DNA from: Dehalococcoidia bacterium
GTDB lineage: Bacteria > Chloroflexota > Dehalococcoidia > Lucifugimonadales > Australimonadaceae
Reading direction: 5' to 3'
Assembly (NCBI GenBank): GCA_965242755.1
Contig: OZ251500.1
Span: 1,921,339-1,985,338 of the forward strand
DNA: 64,000 nt
Shown: positions 60,172-64,000 of the stretch, in pieces
Layout: every line of letters begins with the position of its first letter
Numbering within the stretch: position 1 is the first letter of the stretch
Notes under the pieces: generated by a model
Told to the model about the DNA's origin: nothing
Database searches by the model: none
The model's input: the letters and a program-made list of their open reading frames with translations, nothing else
Translations under genes and position numbers: made by a program

Positions 60172-61302
60172 TCACCCGACGCGAAGGCGCGGGATGAACT
60201 CCGCCATGCGCGACTCCGCGCCCGACTTGGCGAGCGTCTCGGCGAACGTCTCATGAATCACCGGATCCTCGTCCTCATACTCGATCTGCGCCCCGCCCGA
60301 CTTCACGTCAACGTCCGTGTCCCCCTCCACCGCGGAGCCGAGCGAGAAGTAGTACTTCTGGCTGTTCCATCGGAACGCGAGGTAGCGGGCGGGCATCGCG
60401 CCGCCGTTGAAATGCTGATGAAACCACCCGTTGGGCGGAACGACCATCGAGCCGGGCCTCCAGTCAACGCGCTCCATCCCGTCGCGAGGGCCGCCGCTCG
60501 ACGGCCACAGCAGCGAGTAGCCCTCGCCCTTGATGATGATGACGTGCGCCCCCGGGCCGTGCCGGTGCGCCTTCTTGTACGTGCCGACGGGGAACTCGGA
60601 GACATGCGCGGTCTGCGTCTGCTCGGCGAGTTCGAGTTTGATGTGCGCGCCGCCCGCGCCCCGCTCCTTCCACGCGAACGTCGTGAACGTCTCGATGTCG
60701 GGCACGAAGTTCGTCTCCCATGCGTTCGTGCGCCCGGTGGTCGCCGTCCACATTCGCCCCTCGCCCTGAAAGCGCTTGGGGTCGCCGATGCGATCCTCAA
60801 AGACGTAGGGGTTGTCGAAGATGAAGCCCTCGTTGTGAAAGAGGTTCATCGTGATCGGCGCGGTCGTCACGGCGACGAACCGCGCCGGCTCCGCCCCGCT
60901 GCCGTTCAGATGCTGATGCCGGACGTTGATCGGCACGGAGAAGACGCTGCCGCGCTTCCACTCGAAACTGACCCGGCTGTTGGGGTCGTCGCCGACGAGC
61001 GTCGCGCCGCGTCCGTCGAGCACGTAGATGTTCTTCTCGAAGATGTGGCGCTCCGGGGCCATCTTGCCGCCGGGCGGGATCTCCGCGACGTAGGCGTCGT
61101 TCGTGTCGCCCGCGCCGTCGAGGTTAACGTAGGCGCCGAGGCAGTCGAGGCGCGCCCACGGCTGCAGTTCGAGCGCGCGGAGGTCGTCCACCGCGAAGCC
61201 GGTGACGACGGGAATGCCCTCTTTCGCCTGAAACGCGCGGTAGGCGTCATGCCGAACGATGCGCTCCTGTTCGGGGCGCGCTTGCGGCGTTGGCGTAGCC
61301 AT
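60172..61302 (-). CDS. Bicupin protein, paralogue 2 of 25699..26820
   Basis: Collinear with paralogue 1 (YVAEIPPGGKMAPERHIFEKNIYVLDGRG, GTYKKAHRHGPGAHVIIIKGEGYSLLW, GGAQIEYEDEDPVIHETF). Confidence 0.7.
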   Translation of the reverse strand: MATPTPQARPEQERIVRHDAYRAFQAKEGIPVVTGFAVDDLRALELQPWARLDCLGAYVNLDGAGDTNDAYVAEIPPGGKMAPERHIFEKNIYVLDGRGATLVGDDPNSRVSFEWKRGSVFSVPINVRHQHLNGSGAEPARFVAVTTAPITMNLFHNEGFIFDNPYVFEDRIGDPKRFQGEGRMWTATTGRTNAWETNFVPDIETFTTFAWKERGAGGAHIKLELAEQTQTAHVSEFPVGTYKKAHRHGPGAHVIIIKGEGYSLLWPSSGGPRDGMERVDWRPGSMVVPPNGWFHQHFNGGAMPARYLAFRWNSQKYYFSLGSAVEGDTDVDVKSGGAQIEYEDEDPVIHETFAETLAKSGAESRMAEFIPRLRVG

Positions 61303-61317
61303 AGGATTCTCCTAATC

Positions 61318-61419
61318 TGCCCGCCCTGCCCGCGTAGGCGGGAATCCATAGCGGCGCGCAGCGCCGCTCCTCTCCTACCTGAGCGCATCGCCCTGCCCGC
61401 GAAAGCGGGAACCTACTGG
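61318..61419. repeat. Composite repeat-family copy lacking the TIR end
   Basis: CCCGCGTAGGCGGGAATCC, then AGCGGCGCGCAGCGCCGCTCCTCTCCTAC, then CCCGCGAAAGCGGGAACCTACTGG. Confidence 0.7.
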
Positions 61420-61441
61420 ACTGAGCGAGACGATAAACGGC

Positions 61442-61516
61442 TGGAGCGGGCGATGGGATTCGAACCCACGACCCTCTGCTTGGGAAGCAGATGCTCTACC
61501 CCTGAGCTACGCCCGC
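61442..61516 (-). tRNA. tRNA-Gly (anticodon CCC), CCA encoded
   Basis: The reverse complement folds as acceptor GCGGGCG/CGCCCGC, D stem GCTC/GAGC, anticodon stem TCTGC/GCAGA with loop TTCCCAA, T stem GTGGG/CCCAT with loop TTCGAAT, then the discriminator T and CCA. Confidence 0.9.
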
Positions 61517-61634
61517 GCCGTTAGGGGGCATTGTAGCGCAAGTCGGGGCGCCGCGCGCAAGCGCCCCGACCCTACCCCCGAACCGCTCCGCGAGCCGCCT
61601 CTCCGGCGGCGCCGCCAAGCGCGAGGCCGCCGGC

Positions 61635-62021
61635 ATGGACGGCGGCGCCGACGGCGCCAACGCCTACGTCGTCGTCCACCCCGGCGACCCGGAGCGCGAG
61701 GAGCGCTATCCCGGCATCGCCTCCAACAGGTCGGGCTCGCCGTGCCCAGGGCGCAGCGAGCGCGAGGAGCGCTATCCCGGCATCGCATCCAACATCGGCC
61801 TCAAGCCCGGCGAGTCGTTCAGCATCGAGACGGGCGGCGGCGGCGGCGTCCTCCCTCCCGCCGACCGCGACCGCGACCTCGTCAAGGGCGACCTGCAGGA
61901 CGGCCTGCTAACCCCCCGCAAAGCCCGCGAGGTCTACGGCCTCACGAGGAGGATGTCGCGGCGGCGCTGGGGTAAGGGGGAGCTCCGTGCCAACCCCTTG
62001 TTGACAAATTCGGCGGCGTAG
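61635..62021 (+). pseudogene. C-terminal fragment of a hydantoinase B/oxoprolinase (HyuB)-like gene with an internal 66-bp duplication
   Basis: LKPGESFSIETGGGGGVLPPADRDRDLVKGDLQDGLLTPRKAREVYGL resembles the HyuB C-terminus (..pGD...i.t.GGGGyG.P..Rd...V..Dv..G.vs...A...YGV). No N-terminal ~450 aa is present. GAGCGCGAGGAGCGCTATCCCGGCATCGC is duplicated at 61692 and 61758. Confidence 0.45.
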
Positions 62022-62035
62022 GCAATGCTAGGGGC

Positions 62036-63442
62036 ATGATCTCGGCGACGAGCAAGGTGGCAGGGCTCGCGGCGCGCCCATTAGCGGACGCGGCGCTGGT
62101 GGACGCTGGCGGAAGGGGCGCGGCTGCAATTGCGCCCCGCCCCAATGGCTCCGCCAACAAGGTGGCCGATGACGACCGCGCGGTCCACGGCTGGTATCGG
62201 TTTGTGCTCTCGTTCCCTCCGCATTTGGTCGCGGATTACCTCTCCTCGTTCAACGTTGGCCCGGATATGACCGTGCTCGACCCGTTTTGCGGGACGGGAA
62301 CGACGCTCGTAGAGGCGAAAAAGCAAGGCGTTCCCAGCATCGGGATAGAGGCTAACCCGTTCGCGGTTTTCGCGTCGGAGGTGAAGACCGATTGGCAAGT
62401 TAGCCCTGCGGGCTTGCTTCGGAACGCGGAAGAGATCGCGGCGGAAGCCGACCGTGCGCTGCGGGCGATGGGGATTGACGACGAAGCCGATTGCTCCGAC
62501 CTGTGCAGCGGCCCGTTCATACGCAAACTTGCGCCGGACCAGAATCGGCTCCTGCTGACGAACTCCGTCAGCGTTATGCCTCTCCACAAGGCGATCGTGC
62601 TTGGCGAAACGATCGGCAAATTCCCGGCATTGCAGCATCACTGCAAGTTGGCCTTCGCCGACGCGCTGGTTGGATCGATAAGCAACCTCGAGTTCGGCCC
62701 CGAGGTGGGAGTAGGCAGTCTGAAAAAGGATGTTCCTGTCATACGGAAGTGGCTCGAGCGGGTCAGGAGAATGGCCGCCGATATCGAGTCTGTTCGCCGC
62801 AACGCATCGGCGTCAAGCAGAGTCCACGCCGCCGATGCGCGAAATGCCCAAAGCGTTCTTGGTAAAGAGACGATCGACGCGGTGATTACCTCTCCGCCGT
62901 ATCCCAATGAGAAAGACTACACGCGGACAACTAGGCTGGAGTCGGTTCTATTGGGGTTTATCCATAACAAAATTGGACTGCGGGAACTGAAGGGCTCTCT
63001 GGTCAGGTCGAATACACGAAACGTCTACAAGAAAGACGACGACGACCGCTGGGTTTCGGATAACCGGAAGGTGCAAGAAATAGCCAATTGCATCGAGGAT
63101 CGGCGTTTGGAATTGGGGAAGACGTCAGGCTTTGAAAGAATGTACCCTCGCGTCGTCACGCTCTACTTCGGTGGAATGACGCGGCATCTGGCAAGCCTGA
63201 GGGAGGCGCTCCGTCCGGGAGCGAAACTCGCCTATATCGTAGGCGACCAGGCGTCCTACCTTCGCGTTATGATTCGGACGGGAACCTTGCTTGCGGAGAT
63301 CGCGGAGAGTCTGGGCTATCAGGTCCGTGGGCTTGAACTGTTTCGCACGCGCCTGGCGACTGCGACGAGAGAGCAGTTGCGGGAAGAAGCGTTGCTGTTG
63401 GAATGGAACGGAGGGTCAAATGGCCGCGCTTACCCAGTATGA
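62036..63442 (+). CDS. DNA methyltransferase (motif I then SPPY; candidate N4-cytosine or N6-adenine type II methylase)
   Basis: VLDPFCGTGTTLVEAKKQG (motif I) and IDAVITSPPYPNEKDY (motif IV). GC content is visibly lower than the surroundings. Confidence 0.8.
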   Translation: MISATSKVAGLAARPLADAALVDAGGRGAAAIAPRPNGSANKVADDDRAVHGWYRFVLSFPPHLVADYLSSFNVGPDMTVLDPFCGTGTTLVEAKKQGVPSIGIEANPFAVFASEVKTDWQVSPAGLLRNAEEIAAEADRALRAMGIDDEADCSDLCSGPFIRKLAPDQNRLLLTNSVSVMPLHKAIVLGETIGKFPALQHHCKLAFADALVGSISNLEFGPEVGVGSLKKDVPVIRKWLERVRRMAADIESVRRNASASSRVHAADARNAQSVLGKETIDAVITSPPYPNEKDYTRTTRLESVLLGFIHNKIGLRELKGSLVRSNTRNVYKKDDDDRWVSDNRKVQEIANCIEDRRLELGKTSGFERMYPRVVTLYFGGMTRHLASLREALRPGAKLAYIVGDQASYLRVMIRTGTLLAEIAESLGYQVRGLELFRTRLATATREQLREEALLLEWNGGSNGRAYPV

Positions 63443-64000
63443 CCGCATCGTCGAACTCGTTTTCGCGCAACGCTTCTCCGACGGGTCGGAGCAAGTGGAA
63501 TTTGCGCGAGACGACCTGGTGGTGGCGGCGGAGAGCCTTGGCCTCCAGCGTCCCAAGAACCTGGGAGACATCCCGTACAGCTTTCGGTACCGCAAGGATT
63601 TGCCCCAGTCCATAGCGGATACGGCTCCGCTAGGCTACGAATGGGTCATCAGGGGCGCGGGAACGGGGTTGTACCGGTTTGACTTGGCCCGCGCCTTGGA
63701 TCTCAGCCCCAACGCCTCGCTCGCTGTTACGAAGATTCCCGACGCGACGCCGGGCATCATATCACGCTACGCTCAGACCGACGAGCAAGCGTTGCTGGCC
63801 GTCATCAGGTACAACCGCCTCATCGACACGTTCGTCGGCGTCACTTGCTACTCCTTGCAAAATCACATGGCGACTTCCATCCCTAACGTCGGGGCGGTGG
63901 AGGTGGACGAAGTGTATGTTGGGCTCGACAAGAGAGGCGCGCATTACGTGTTCCCGGTTGAAGCGAAAGGAGCGAAAGACCGGCTGGGAAGGGTGCAGAT
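63420..64000 (+). CDS. Putative cognate type II restriction endonuclease (3-prime partial; runs off the window)
   Basis: My own translation from ATG 63420, which overlaps the methylase end by 23 nt: MAALTQYDRIVELVFAQRF...VGAVEVDEVYVGLDKRGAHYVFPVEAKGAKDRLGRVQ. The D...E-A-K spacing is compatible with a PD-(D/E)xK core. Confidence 0.45.
   Translation, partial: MAALTQYDRIVELVFAQRFSDGSEQVEFARDDLVVAAESLGLQRPKNLGDIPYSFRYRKDLPQSIADTAPLGYEWVIRGAGTGLYRFDLARALDLSPNASLAVTKIPDATPGIISRYAQTDEQALLAVIRYNRLIDTFVGVTCYSLQNHMATSIPNVGAVEVDEVYVGLDKRGAHYVFPVEAKGAKDRLGRVQ

Overview
This is a 64-kb, very GC-rich bacterial chromosomal segment (about 70% GC by eye, not computed). I can support about 50 protein genes and 2 tRNAs. 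The intergenic DNA is unusually rich in repeats. No homology search or folding tool was available. All calls rest on motif recognition in the supplied translations and on my own reading of the nucleotides. Many long ORFs in the track are antisense shadow ORFs typical of high-GC DNA, and I ignored them.

Core content:
- secA (5-prime partial), thiL and mutS2
- a HIBADH-like dehydrogenase, an amidase, two SDRs and RidA
- a ccmA-B-C(-D) heme-export operon
- a GT39-like membrane protein and an enolase-superfamily enzyme
- amtB-glnK and hemW
- EamA and MFS transporters
- HPP, ABM and DDN/F420-type nitroreductase proteins
- Hsp20 and two dispersed bicupin paralogues
- tRNA-Pro(GGG) and tRNA-Gly(CCC)

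Accessory content and observations worth a second look:
1. A same-strand defence island at 16.1-25.7 kb. A 1099-aa NPPY (Eco57I/PglX-like) N6-adenine methyltransferase and a 1158-aa PLD(HKD)-SNF2 helicase fusion bracket a DarT-DarG toxin-antitoxin pair and a PaREP1/HEPN-like third gene. I read this as a bipartite, DISARM-like or split type-ISP-like restriction module that I do not recognise as a named system.
2. A DUF3179 lipoprotein whose CxxC motif starts with an in-frame TGA, followed by a SECIS-like hairpin. It is a selenocysteine candidate.
3. A high-copy MITE-like modular repeat family with perfect 17-bp terminal inverted repeats (GGAGACCTTTGCATAAC). It fills most intergenic spacers and also sits in-frame inside mutS2.
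4. An orphan methyltransferase-HNH fusion next to a phased array of 11-bp repeats in an AT-richer patch.
5. Four GTnAC/GnAAC boxes at exact 11-bp phasing upstream of amtB-glnK, resembling actinobacterial GlnR operators.
6. Two tandem giant surface (S-layer-like) paralogues.
7. Three tandem segmental duplications that carry gene-tail scars.
8. A lower-GC type II R-M pair beside a truncated hyuB fragment and tRNA-Gly.

Lineage guess (inference only): Chloroflexota- or Actinomycetota-like.
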